A stretch of 64,000 nt of DNA from Trichosphaerium sp. ATCC 40318 (lineage: Eukaryota > Protista > Tubulinea), in the NCBI GenBank assembly GCA_038496445.1, contig JALMLS010000304.1:310001-374000 (forward strand). The letters run 5' to 3'. Made by a program: the position numbers and the translations under genes. Shown piece after piece: positions 26,791 to 39,375 of the stretch (position 1 is the stretch's first letter; every line of letters begins with the position of its first letter). The notes beneath the pieces were generated by a model. That model was not told the origin of the DNA and made no database searches. It saw nothing but the letters and a program-made list of their open reading frames with translations.

Positions 26791-27710
26791 AGGTGATGCT
26801 AGACGAAAAAAAAAAGGAAAGAAAAAAAAACAAGCATCACACGTGTGATGATAATACCTTCAAAACAAAAGAACCCAAACAATTTTTGTAAAATAAAAAG
26901 AATTAAAGAGAGTTTCGGGTTTTGTGTACATGTACAACATTAGCAGGGTTATGCCGTGCATAGTTTTATTCTAGCAATATTGAACCTTCCTACGTGGATT
27001 ATTGCTGTGGGATCTTCCATCACATGTCTGTTATCTACGAAATCAATCACATATGACATTAAATTTATTCACATTCCCACAACAACAACGTGAGTAAACA
27101 CAACTCTAAGAATTTGGCTCAGGGAATCCTTACCAACAAGGCACCAAGCCTGAAAAAAAAAACCAAAGAAGGAAAGAATGAAAGTATTCTTTTTACGCTA
27201 GGTACTTAACTTCACAATAAGTAGATGATCTTGAAGAGAAAAATCCAGATATAAACTATGTTTGCTGTATTTAGTATTTGAGCGATGGAAATCTGATTGC
27301 ATCATAGCCATAGTATCTAGCTAAATAACCAAGTTGAGATAGTTCTTTTATTACTTCAGTGTAGAGTATGCTCGCATACATAGTGCTGATTTGCTAGGAA
27401 GCTGAACAATTGTTGACTGAAAAGGTAATAACATAAATGCTGTATAAGTAAATTGTTGAACAATAATTATTACGGTCCATGTGATAGCGCACTCAGATTT
27501 ACAGGAACTAACTACGTATGTACAGCGATGTTAGTACATTTTATGCGCTAATTATAGTCCGCTACAAAACCTTACACAGTTACCCAGCTAAAGCCTAAAC
27601 GGCCACGTCTAGCTCGAATCTTTGTCACAAAAAAGTTTGTTAATAATTTTATTCTCTCCAACTTTTTTGTTTGTTACAGAGCTACGTACTTATAATTTTA
27701 TAAACTCTTG

Positions 27711-30700
27711 TCATTCATTAGCAGCACAAACCGCCATAACTTTTTCAAAATAATCAACAACTTCAACAAGTTGGGTGATTTGCTCGGTCTAAGAAAAATA
27801 TCAACAAACTAGCACAAGCATAAAAGCATTGAAAAAAAGACGTCATAAAGTTTCATTGCTTCAACGTTGACTTGATTGCTTTAATAGTACCTTTGGTTTA
27901 TAATCACTAATATCAGAAGCGTGCTTTACTAGTTCTGATTGTAAATGAGCCATAGCCATTGGGTACGTGATCTCTGAACCTCTAATTTTCATTGTTGGTG
28001 CCGGTCCACCTTTTTCAAAAGTGTTAGCCTCTCAACCTGATAGTACCCTTTTTTCCATAACCAAACTTAACTACGTACCTCTTTTGGGGTTCTAAAAGGT
28101 ATTAGAAAGATATTCCAGGAACACCAAGGATGAATAAGCGTACCGAAATATTGTCAATGTAATTCTTCAACTCAGGTTTTCGTTTTTCAATAAAATCGTT
28201 CATAACGCCCATGAATGGTTCTTTTCTACCTGTAAAAAAAGGATGAGTTTTAAAAAAATGCTACTTACATATCTAGGTTCGAAAGGGAAAAGAAAAAACT
28301 ACGACGCACCAAAGGTAGCAAGATTAGCCAACGACATTATTACTTTTGATACTAAAGTTAAGTTTCGTGCAGGTACTGCACTAGGACGATCTAAACAAGT
28401 TTATTAATAAACAAGTTGATCCATCTACAAAGTAACGTACCATCCGCTAATCCAAATAATAGAGGTCCTAGAATAGCAGGACTAAAGATTAAAGTAAGAA
28501 AACATTACAGCACTGAAAAGAAAAAAAGAGTGAAAAGAGACTGTACCAAAACAATCTCAAAAATACGAATCCAGAGACTGCTGTGTATCGAGTGATGTTC
28601 TCATCTGGCCATTTCTCATGTACCTTTATTTGCAAGTGGCTTAACACTTGACGAATACTCCTAAAAGAAAGTTTAGGAAGGGACCAAGAAACGAAATTTC
28701 GTACAAAGGAACAAGCTTCTCATTCTCTATAATGGCCTAAACACGTGATTTAATTAAACAGCTATCAAAAAAAAAGAGAGTAGCGTACATCCCAAACTTG
28801 AGTAGTAGCTTGTAGCAACATCTTAGTGTTGTTCTGTTTAATATTTTTTTTCTTCTTTTGTTTATCTGTAAACTTCATATCGTCTATCTACAAAAAACAA
28901 TCAATCAATGTACCAAAGTAATCACTGCGTTCGCAATAACAAGAGAGGATGCTATTTAAATATGGATAGTCGGTGTCTGCAACCAAACAGTTTTTTGAGG
29001 AGTGGCTGTTTGCAAAGACAAACTAGCTTGTTAATTTAGATTTAATAACGTACCTCCATAGACTGATGATATCCATGGTGTTTATTATATACATCACGAA
29101 TAAAAGGTTGTAGAGTAACTTTAAGTAACTCTGTACCAAGAAGATTAAGATAAGCATCAAGACACATTGATGCAACTGAATTCTTCCTGAATATAATACT
29201 AGGGCTCGCTGTACAAAGTAAGAAAATTATGAGATTGGTACGATTTTAAGTTCTGGTATGAGTACCTGTATTATCGACTTCATGGTCGTTAAGCATATTA
29301 ATAAATGCGACAGCACATCCTTTAGCATGTAGAGCAGCGATTATATCTAGAAAGTACTAAGCATAAGCAATTACGAGTTAACTTACGTTTCAAAACAGCT
29401 TTCTTTGATCCTGATCCACTCTTATTTAAACAATGATCTAATACAGATACAACTGTATTGTCACCACGTGTAAGCTATGGATAAAATGAGTAGGAGGTTA
29501 ATACAACGACAGCGTACTTCAAACAATTTATCATAAAATTTATCGGGTAGAATGCGAGCAACCTAGTTGGTAATGTTTAACATAAAAAACCATTTTACAA
29601 GTATAGGCTTGTTTAAAACACTACATACCGTATACTGTAATACAATACGGACACTACCAAGTTCTTTAGTGCGTGATTTTACTTGACTATATGTCGTTAG
29701 CTTTGTATCAAAAGTAAAAGGTTCTAACGGTCAGGACGTACTTGAATGCAGTGATCACTTTATTTTTGGTAGTAATTAATTTAAACCATTTATCAATGGA
29801 TTCCTGTTTCTTTAAATCATCCATTTGCACACTAGTCTCACCTTACACAGTACATTGTCAGTATAACCGTTACGATTTTTTTATAGTACCTATATAATCA
29901 TCTTTGCCTACGGAATCCTCATCATAGATCTTGAACGTCAAAGCTTTTGTGTTCTTGAAAAAAGTTTAGCAAAAAAAACCCGTGAGAAAAGCAAACAACG
30001 ATTTATCTTTTTGTTCTCACCTGTGGGACCTCACTATAATAATTATCAGAAAAAAAGGGTGTATGTTAACGAAAAATACAACGTACAAAAAGTATTCTGT
30101 TAACCATACTGGATTAAGTGTTCTCCAAATAGTTTTTGTTCGAAATTTCTTTTTGCCATCAACTTAACAAAAAAGTTACGATAAACGAGACATCAGCGTA
30201 TAGAACGAACCCAATAAACGACAATAAGGATCACTAGTACCAAACCCTATATATATTAAGAAGAAATAAACAATTTAAGACATACCAGGGTCCATTATTG
30301 GAATATTTTTGGCTTCCGCAACTAAAACAAAAAAAAGTCAAAAAAAAAAAGTGACTTAGTTTTGTCATCATACTTTTGACGTATACCCAACACTTTGTGA
30401 CTGTTGATAAACGTGTTGGAATAGGTACTAAAGTATTCTTTCTTTTTTTCTTCTCTAGAGGTTGTCTTGCTGTGTTAGCTCTTACAACACTACTGTCAAA
30501 CATAGGTGAAGCAACAAGAAGCTGTGGTATTGCTGCCAGAAAAGTAAGTACTTGAAACAAATCTATTTCAGCGCACCAGGCTCTGTTGGAGCGCTTGTTG
30601 AACGGAGTAGGGAATTTCGGGCTACCCTGGGTGATTCTCGTGGTGTGTTAACGTTTGAAATTGTAGGCGAAGCGAGAATACGGTCCAATAGCTTGTAGTG

Positions 30701-31220
30701 TTATAAATGGATGTTTGATGAAGAAAAAAGTCGTTTAACGTACCAGTCTGATTTGCTTTACTACGGCGCCATAAGATATCAAGGTCTTTAACTGAGCATG
30801 TGTCACATCCTGTCTGATAAAACTCAGTTTGCAGAATATCTCACCTAAAACAAACTCAAGCGCTAGTAAACGTATTAGCACAAAAAGCCATCATTAGCAC
30901 TTAGCATTACATGACGAGTACTCAGAAGCATCATTGGGCGAATGAGCGCCAATGAGCTGTTCGCGCGTTGCGATTGGGCAATTCTCTGGCTTGACGCTCT
31001 TTAGCACTGTGGAGAATTAGTTTCAACGGTATATTGTCTAAAGCGTGCCTGAACGGGTTTTAAGTATAGAAAGCGAGTACACACGGTATTTAACCTCTTG
31101 GTAGTCTTTTGAAAGCACACTTGCAATTTCTGTAGCAATCGAGTCCAATTGGTTTTGTATGGTTCCAACACCACTCGCAATAACAGTTCTCAGGCGTGCG
31201 ATCTTTACTTCAGTTGCCAT
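27711..31220 (-). CDS. C2-domain RasGAP (~22 introns, two 13-nt micro-exons)
   Basis: C2: EAKNIPIMDPGFGTSDPYC, RTKTIWRTLNPVW, IYDEDSVGKDDYIG; GAP: arginine finger IIFRKNS, FVFLRLFCPAILGP, RNLTLVSKVIMSLAN, KEPFM. Confidence 0.92.
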
Positions 31221-31348
31221 CAGAATATATGCATAAAAATGTTATTAACAGGGCCAATTTGTTAACATAAGCTGATGTAGGTGAAACTACAAAGGCTAAA
31301 GTTGACTGCAGAATTTAAGTCGCTGAAAAACTGTAAAATGCTTGAATT

Positions 31349-32402
31349 ATGATTTCGAATACACTCGTCGCCATTTGCACATTGCTTATATGTGCTGGCG
31401 TGGTTTTAGCTGACGTAACATGCTCTGAATATTTAAAGTACGCATTACATTTAATACGCTGCTTTGAGGACATTATAAACGAATGAAATTGTATTAGGAC
31501 TGATTCAGCGTTGTTTGACTGCGGACCAGAAGCTCACTACTGCTACATAACCGCAGGGACTAGCTGTCTTTATGTAGATCTCCACGACATGTCATGGCCA
31601 ACCACAGAACACAACCCCGGGCTTGGTACGCTTTGTAATTCACTCTTGAAGAGGTGCATTAACTATCATTCAAGAATTCGTGTTACGTTTGTGGAACCAC
31701 ACTGGAACAATTTTACCGCTAGACGGGAAAGATTTAATGAAAATTATAACGGGAGAACCACGAAACCTCGACATTTACGTTATTAATGCATGTACTGCCG
31801 CCTCTAACTAAATATTGACGTTGTGGTTAGTTTTACGCTCCTTGGTGCCCCTTTAGCAGACGTTTAGCGCCAATTTATAAACAGCTGTCAAAAGCGTTCC
31901 CAACTATTCCGTTCTTTACCCTTGACGCCAGTAAATACAGGTATGTCACCTTGTGACACATGTCAACATTTATAACCTTTAATTTCAACAAATATCATTT
32001 GACATTTGTTTTTAGTGTACAACGCCAATCTAGATCTTACAACCTATTTGGCTACCCTACTGTAATATTTTTTAGTGCTGGTAGGCCTTTTGAGTACAGT
32101 GGAGATCAATCACTAAAATCTTTGGTTGAATTTATTTCAGAGCTGTCAGGTTTGTCTTTTTATAGCGATTGCTAGCGTGAACATTTGTTAGGATACCAAC
32201 CAAGGATTTATACGGATTTTACCAAGCGTCCAGGTCCTGCAGAGGAACACGTGGAGATGTCTGCGCCGTTTGATCCTTATTTATACTTCTCTGCCGTCTT
32301 TGTATTTTTTTACTTAGTGGGGTGCGTCTAGCGACTGTATTTGTAATTATTTACGTGTATTGTAGTTACCTGTGGCAGCACATAGGATGGAGCCGGTTCT
32401 AG
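31349..32402 (+). CDS. Membrane-anchored thioredoxin-fold protein, TXNDC15-like (WCPFS)
   Basis: Signal peptide; NFYAPWCPFSRRLAPIY; GYPTVIFF; C-terminal TM DPYFILSAVFVFFYLV. Confidence 0.85.
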
Positions 32403-32799
32403 ATACTACCAATCCTCTTTGTAAACAGTTGTACTTTACCATAAAAATTAAAACCTGTACTGGACTAGACTAAGCGTCTCTTTGTAAGAATTGGCGTTGC
32501 CTTTTGATTGTAACATACTTGAAAATAATGAACTCTCGTTTACGTTATGGTAATGAGGTAATAAACCGGGTTTGACAAGGGACGTGCAGTTGGGCGCTTA
32601 ACACGATAATATGCGCGGTTTTTTTTGTAAAATGGCGCAACAACCTAATTCTACAATGCACCATCATTGTAAGCAATACTACGCTCGTTCGAACACAATT
32701 TTCAAAAGACAATGTTTGACATTTAAAGTTTTCCAGTTAGTAATATTTCTTTTAGCGCTGCAACGCCTCTACTGATTGATTTCACTGTACAATAGCAAA

Positions 32800-33922
32800 A
32801 TGAAAAGGTCTAGCAGTAAGAAGCCGTCGTTTATATTATTTGGGTACGCGTACAACCGTCTCTTATGTACTAGGTGTTCGTTTAGTTCCTAAGTAGCTAA
32901 TATCTCTTATTGTCGTTTATACGTGTTGTATTGTCTTAATTAAAGCTAGGAAACGCCCGCAAAGCAAATTTGTTGACCAAATGCCACGCTTGATAGCCTC
33001 AGACAGATCCCTTGGCGAAGCAGTAGAGAAATTCAAGGAAGCAGCCTCTAAAGATTTGAAAACAATGGTAGAACGTAATGGTTCTGCAGAGGAATCACTC
33101 AAGAAATTAACTGGCAAGTTAAAACAACCAAACGCGCGATCTGCTGGACCAAGCTCAAGTGACATCAAATTCATCCGTCAGGCATCAGGATGCTCTAAGC
33201 GTGTAGCAGAGCGTAGTTTAATCATACACAACGAACTACAAAAGCTAAAAAGCAAAGGCCATTCACTGAGCTCTGCTCTCTCAGAACTTACAAAACGCAT
33301 TTCAACTCAACTGACACTACGAAAACGCGCCAGATCATTCTCTCCAGAAAGCAATAAAGCTGCTCTCAGACGTACAAGAAAGAAAAGACGTATTGAGAAA
33401 AAACGCGAGAAAAAGCCTCGTAAAGCATTAAAGAAGCGTCGTAGACAACATACTACGACTTTTGATGATTCAATGGACGCTTTTGGGACAGTACCGCCTG
33501 CACCAAAGAAAATGAAAAAAGAAAAGAAAAGTGTCACTACTACAACCTCTAACGCTCCAACATTTGAAATACCAGAGGGTAACCCATTCCTTAAAACATC
33601 TGTACAAAATTCTTCATTTACTGGGTTTACTTTTACGTCACCACTTGCTTCTGCTGCACAAATACCTGTTGTATCAGACCCAAATCCAATGCCTCTTAAT
33701 TCTCCTCCGCCTGCCAATACGATTTTCTCTGGGGACAGTGATAGTTCTTTAAGTGAGGTACGGTGAAGTCTTTCATTGTCTATCCACTAGCAAGTGTTAT
33801 TGCTTTTTTCTGATTGCATTTTTTTTTTAGGATTCAAACACAACTCCAGGTAGAAAGAGGGCTACTGGAACAGATTGGGAAGATTCTGAGCGGCAAAAAA
33901 AGCAAAAACTGCTACATCCTAG
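32800..33922 (+). CDS. Basic, probably nuclear protein with a UBA-like motif (2 introns)
   Basis: 261-aa ORF core; SDIKFIRQASGCSKRVAERSLIIHN resembles a NAC/HYPK-type UBA; many K/R NLS-like clusters. Confidence 0.7.
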
Positions 33923-35124
33923 CAAAACTGCGTCTTTGTAATTTGGGGTGGGTGCTTATGGATGGCCTGTAGAATAAAATAAAAAAAAAATTGTACATAC
34001 TCAGAAGTTGTAAAGAATGATCGAATTTTACAATGACACCTAATATACAGTAATGTAGTAATCCATTCACCACTACCCTACTCAATCAAATATGAAACTT
34101 CTTAATGAGGATACGTATAAGTCTGTAGTCACCACTACAACTCGAATCAATCAATGTAAACTCAAATAACGTAGTGGATATTTTTTTATTCTTTCAGTTC
34201 TTCAACATAATGTACAGTGTTCAAAAACTAATGATTGATCTTGACCTAGCCATGACGTTTAAAGCAACTTAAATAGTTCTTTGTTAAAACTAAGACAACC
34301 ACAGAAAGCCTGTTAGAATGAGCAATAATAAAATAAACTAAATGACGGTTTTTTGTTGCCCTGTTGGCAGCACTACCAAAACGAATGGAATCACATGGAA
34401 ATTGCACCAGTTCATATACTAGTTTCATAAACTACAGAAGTGAGGAAACTACATGTTTGGCTATAAAAAAATGATTTGGTCATTTGTCGCAAGATGTGTG
34501 CCTTTTGTGTTAGTAGCAAAGTTGACGTAAAGTTCAACTTTTATCAGACTTGGTAACTTGTAGTAAAACCTTTTGTATTCTAAACACGTATAAAAGGCTG
34601 GTTTATTTTAATTTCAACCAACCTCAACAATTGAGCTTGCTATGGGAGTCAAGTGGTGCGTAAATTATAGTTGCGTATAAGCCACGTGTCAATTTCCTCG
34701 ACATAGGGAGTGACTTAGAAATTAACGCAACCACAGATTCTAGGGTTTGTCAAGTAGTTTCAGGTAGCATCAAAATACGGTACTAGACACTAAGCTGGTA
34801 GTGTTGGGTCACTAGCAGTTGTTAATTCTGTCGGACTGTAAAATGTTCCTCTAAACTATTTTTACAGGAAATAGACTTGAATGTATGTACAGAAAATAAC
34901 TTGCACTGAGTTGTCAGTACAGCCCTTGTTGCTTAAAACCATGGTTGTTTCAGTGTGCGTCACACTATTTTTAGAAAGTGCACATTCTATTGATTTTATA
35001 TTTCATGAGCGTCAGATTTGGTTTGTCTTCGTAGGTATGAATGTTACGTAATAGAGTAAAAATAGGGTACAAAAAATTAGGCACCTAATGACGAGTAAGA
35101 CAACCAATTAGATCGACGTGAAAT

Positions 35125-35209
35125 ATTGGATTTATTGTGCTTTTATTGATAGTGCGGGCGAAGGATCACTGAAGATTGGATTTTTGTGTTTTATTGTAGT
35201 CGGGGAAGG
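35125..35209. repeat. Two imperfect ~35-40 nt direct repeats upstream of the PLAT gene
   Basis: attggatttattgtgcttttattgatagtgcgggcgaagg (35125-35164) vs attggatttttgtgttttattgtagtcggggaagg (35175-35209). Confidence 0.8.
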
Positions 35210-35388
35210 CAAAGAATATTAAGCATTACAATAGACACTAAACTTCATTAGATGACGCTGACAAGAAGCTTAAACAATGGCATGCTCAAGAAATTTGTTG
35301 TAAAAGTTCACACAACACCAAACACAAAATTCTTTTGAAGAAAACTTGCCAGGAAAAAGCCATCACAATCATTATCGCACTTACACAC

Positions 35389-36153
35389 ATGATGCAACAA
35401 TTCATAGTAATTCTCTCCCTCGTTTCAATCGCAGTGGCAACCTTCACACCACTAAGAACAGCTTCGCAACAAACGTGTCAAGGGTGCCGTAAGGACTTGC
35501 ACGCCGGAAGCTTTGTTTACTGCGATGGCTACTACGATGGATCGACTGTTACCCACTGTGATTGGGTAGGCGGTACTGGAGAATGTTCTTTCCCTAGAAA
35601 CACTCAAGTAACCAAAACCGAATGCGAAACATTCTGCTCGCAAGATGAAAGATGTAACTTCTATACAAGCTACTACAACTCTGTATGTAACTTGTTCATG
35701 ATGGCTGACTGTACCTTGATCACTAGTTCTGCTACAGGCGATACTCTTCAAAAGAACCTTCCTCCTCAGAATACTGATACTACAGATACCTTCATTATGA
35801 CAACAACAAGCACAGCATCAAACTCAGAAACCGATGGTACTATTAGATACAGATACGTCTATGTAGACGGCTCGAAATCAGCATGGAGCGGTAACATTGA
35901 TGATACACGTGTTAATGATTACCAAAGAGGTGCTCTTGATCACTTTTTTATGACGGCACCTGTCAAAGACCCAGTGAGAACACTTTCTGGTGTTGAAGTG
36001 AAGAATTTCAGTAACGATGGTTGGAGATTTACAAAGTTTTACATTTACAATGGCTTCCACTTTTGCTTCAATGGCGATAGAATAGTTGATGGTAATGGTG
36101 TCAGTGCTAGTACAATTCTCCCAAATAACGGAAACTGCGCTTGCTCAGCTTAA
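35389..36153 (+). CDS. Intronless secreted protein: PAN/apple-like + PLAT/LH2-like domains
   Basis: Signal peptide MMQQFIVILSLVSIAVA; ECETFCSQDERCNFYTSYYNSVCNL (PAN-like); T..SETDG...DYQRGALDHF...LSGVEV..NDGW (PLAT-like). Confidence 0.8.
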   Translation: MMQQFIVILSLVSIAVATFTPLRTASQQTCQGCRKDLHAGSFVYCDGYYDGSTVTHCDWVGGTGECSFPRNTQVTKTECETFCSQDERCNFYTSYYNSVCNLFMMADCTLITSSATGDTLQKNLPPQNTDTTDTFIMTTTSTASNSETDGTIRYRYVYVDGSKSAWSGNIDDTRVNDYQRGALDHFFMTAPVKDPVRTLSGVEVKNFSNDGWRFTKFYIYNGFHFCFNGDRIVDGNGVSASTILPNNGNCACSA

Positions 36154-36828
36154 ATAAAAAGGATCTCTTCCTCCCCTCACTTGCTCCTATTTATTTTCCT
36201 TCAATGTATGACACTTAGAATACAGTTCCATTACGACCTGCTCAACTTCACAAAAATGTTTATTTCCTTTGGTTGGTTAGTAACCTTGTACCTATTAGTC
36301 TTTTCTTGCAGATACGAAAATAACCCATGTTGCTTTAGTAGGTTCTAAAAATTTAGAATAACTTACAGTAACAAGCGAGGTCCACTTTCTGCCAGGCAGC
36401 TCAGCTATGGCTTTCGGTTACGAAATGCTTAACTCTATAATTTCGAACCTATCATTAGTTTGCGCAGGTGTATCTTCCAGCATGCTACAAAACTCTGCAG
36501 AGCATCACCAATGAAAACCACATGGTCTTTTTTGTTCCAGAAGAGCACTGTCGTTCAGCAGAAGTTGTAATCCCGTATCTCACCTAATTTCCTTGCATTC
36601 GTGTTTTATGTCGCTAATCAAGCTGTAACACTTCGTAAACTCGACATCAGCGAAGTTTTGGGTCCTTCATACATCGTTCAGGTATTACGTGTCAAGAACT
36701 TCCCGTTTTTTCGGAAGTTACTCCGACCTTTATTATCTGAATCTGGTTTTTTCTCGTGAAGCCCTTCGAAAAATTTGGTTAATTTGAAACCTATCAAGCT
36801 AAGAAAACACCTCGTCTTAAACTCCTAA

Positions 36829-38916
36829 ATGAATAAGACTAGTATATTCGCTTTTACTTTACTATTAGCAGCTATAAGCGGAGCTCTAGGTACGCCCCAC
36901 GTTTTTTTATTTTTACTTTTTCATGAAAGCTGTCTGTTAACTGAGGTAATATAGTTGGCCATCTTACGTTTGACGGTGGGTTTAACGGCACGTTGGTTGG
37001 TACTGGAGAAGATCCAATATTTGTTGAAGACCGCTTTAATGAGAAAAACAGAGCAGTACAATTTACAGAGTCAAAAGGCATTGAGATAGGTAAGAAAAAG
37101 ATGTCTGCTTAGTAATTTACTTGGAAAAAATTGCTGACTCAAGTTACTTACTTTTCTTCTTTTGCAGTTGATAGCGCCATAACAGCAGCAACTGGGAAAG
37201 CTCCAATGACGCTTTCTTTTGGATAAATCGCCTTGAAAATGAAGAGCAGGGAATATTCAGCAACAGGTTTGGTAGTACAGGGTTGAGTCTTGTCGTCTTG
37301 AAAGCATACAAGATAATTACTGCGTGTTCATCTGTCTGTCAACACATTATTGCTGAGAAACCAAGAAAGTCTTGGTTTCTGGTCACGGTTGTTATACCTG
37401 AATCAAACGATAAGGCATTTATCTATTACGATAATGTGCTTGTACATGAGTTTACTAAGAATGGGCCTATACTATCAAATAACGTTACAACTAATCCGGT
37501 TATTGGCCTAGCAGATAGTACGTTAAACAAACAGTTGACAACTGTAGTTTTTATTTGGATACAAAATCCAGAAATGTTTACTTTGTTGCTAGATCGTAAC
37601 GGAAATGGAATAATTATTGATGATCTTAGAGTGTATGACAGCGCTCTGGATGAACAAGAGAGGTAAACATGACACCATTAGTTCTTATTAAAGTATTTTT
37701 AGAGCAGCTTTGTTGGATTATGTTGATCCTACTCTTACACCAACTTCACCTAACGTAGGATCCGTACCAGCTGGTTCGTGTGGTTTTATTATTATTTTGT
37801 ATTCACTCTGTTTAGTTGCTACAGTATCCTTTGATGGAGCTTACGGCGGAAACTTAATTAAAACCGGTGCTGACCCAGAGTTTGTTGAAGATCGCTTCGG
37901 CATGCCCAACAGCGCTGTATTTTTCAACGTATCGAAGAGAATTCAATTTGGTAAGTTTTCCGTTCTCAGTTGTATCTTGCCATTGTTTGTTAATATTATC
38001 GCATTGTAGATGATGAAATTATCGTCAACACTACTAAAAACGCTCCATTGACAATTTCGTTCTGGATGAAAAGAGATACAATTTCAAAGTTTCAAGGTAT
38101 TTTTGACAATCGAGCAGGTGGCGGATTTCAGGTTAGTAGGTGACCATGTCTCGTGATACATTTGTATTTTCTGCCATTAATCGTTTCTCTTAGCTCTACC
38201 ACGGAGTTGATATAGACAACTCAGTAATATGTTCTGCAGCCGCGTGTAGTGGTGCCGTAGTTCCAAACAAAACTCCAGCTGGACAATGGTTTTTAGTTCA
38301 CCTCATTGTACCGTCAACAAATGATAGACTATTTGTATATTTTGACAACGTATTCGCCTACGAGTTTCCTGCAAACAATTTCCTTACTGCTGGCAATTTG
38401 AACCCAATGATAGGAGGAACAAATCGTAAGTTGTTTAAACAAATTTTTGTGCGCTTTGAAATCTTTGGTTTTTTTTGTCACGTGATTGTAAAACTAATAA
38501 ATAATGTGTAGAGATACAAGGAGGTGGTATAACTATAGATGATTTTAGAGTATACAACTACGCATTAACTTCTGCTGAAAGGTACAAAATGGACGAAGAA
38601 TACAATACTAAAACAAAGATATAGGGCTAGCTTTTTGCCTCCTCCACCGACCGAGCCTCCAACAAGCGAACCACCTACACCTGTACCTACAACAACAAGT
38701 ACACCGACGACAGTAAGTACACCAACGACAATAAGTACCCCAACAACAAGTACAACTACATCTCCAGTAGGCATGCCAGGAATGCCTTCAATGGCTCCAA
38801 CTGTCAATATGCCAAGTTCTCCTACTTCGAACGCTACATCAAATACCTTGGGCTCGCTTACTTTTGCTATAATAATTCTATCATTCGCTCGCACCGTACT
38901 TTTATCGATGTATTAG
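36829..38916 (+). CDS. Cell-surface protein with two LamG/ConA-like domains, P/T-rich stalk and GPI/TM tail; apparent 1-nt frameshift at ~37220
   Basis: Signal peptide; duplicated FDG..G..P.FVEDRF...AV.F / APxTxSFW / IDDxRVY modules; PTT stalk; hydrophobic C-terminus. Confidence 0.8.
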
Positions 38917-39375
38917 GAGTATGCCCCAATAAATAATTTTAAATTTTCTTCGAAGTTGTTTTTTTCGAACGCGACTTTTTATTGGAGCTGAAAGTACACC
39001 TTTGTATTTTACATGTGAAGAACTAAAACGCTTCTCTGAAGCATCCAAAGGGCGGTAACACGTTTCCTTTTGGATGTTAGAACACAGAGCGAATTATGAG
39101 CAAAGTGTGGTCCATCAATGTTCTTTGTTTCACAGAAATCAAAGTAACAGGTTTTTTTTCTCACCAAGTTCTCCTTCTTTTTTTTTGTTTGCTTTTGTAG
39201 TCAATGTTCCTTCTCTCTTGGAACTGAGGATTGCAGGAATACTCGCATAACAACCTCACGTGAAATGAGGGGCAATGACAGATGCTTTTAGTATTTCACC
39301 TATGCGCTAAACAAGGATGTGAAAACGTCGTTCTTTTGAAGACTGTTTTTGACTCACCATACTTTTTTTTTTGGG

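Noticed and set aside
28270-28290. GGTTCGA T-loop-like motif (tRNA)
   Set aside because: No cloverleaf or D-loop around it; I found no tRNA or spliceosomal snRNA in the window
33307-33717. Antisense ORFs over real exons (also 16464-16811, 38565-38894, 58002-58247)
   Set aside because: Shadow frames of low-complexity coding sequence on the opposite strand
34060-34180. Short imperfect direct/inverted repeats (ccactac...gtagtgg) as a MITE
   Set aside because: Too short, no TSD and no second copy in the window
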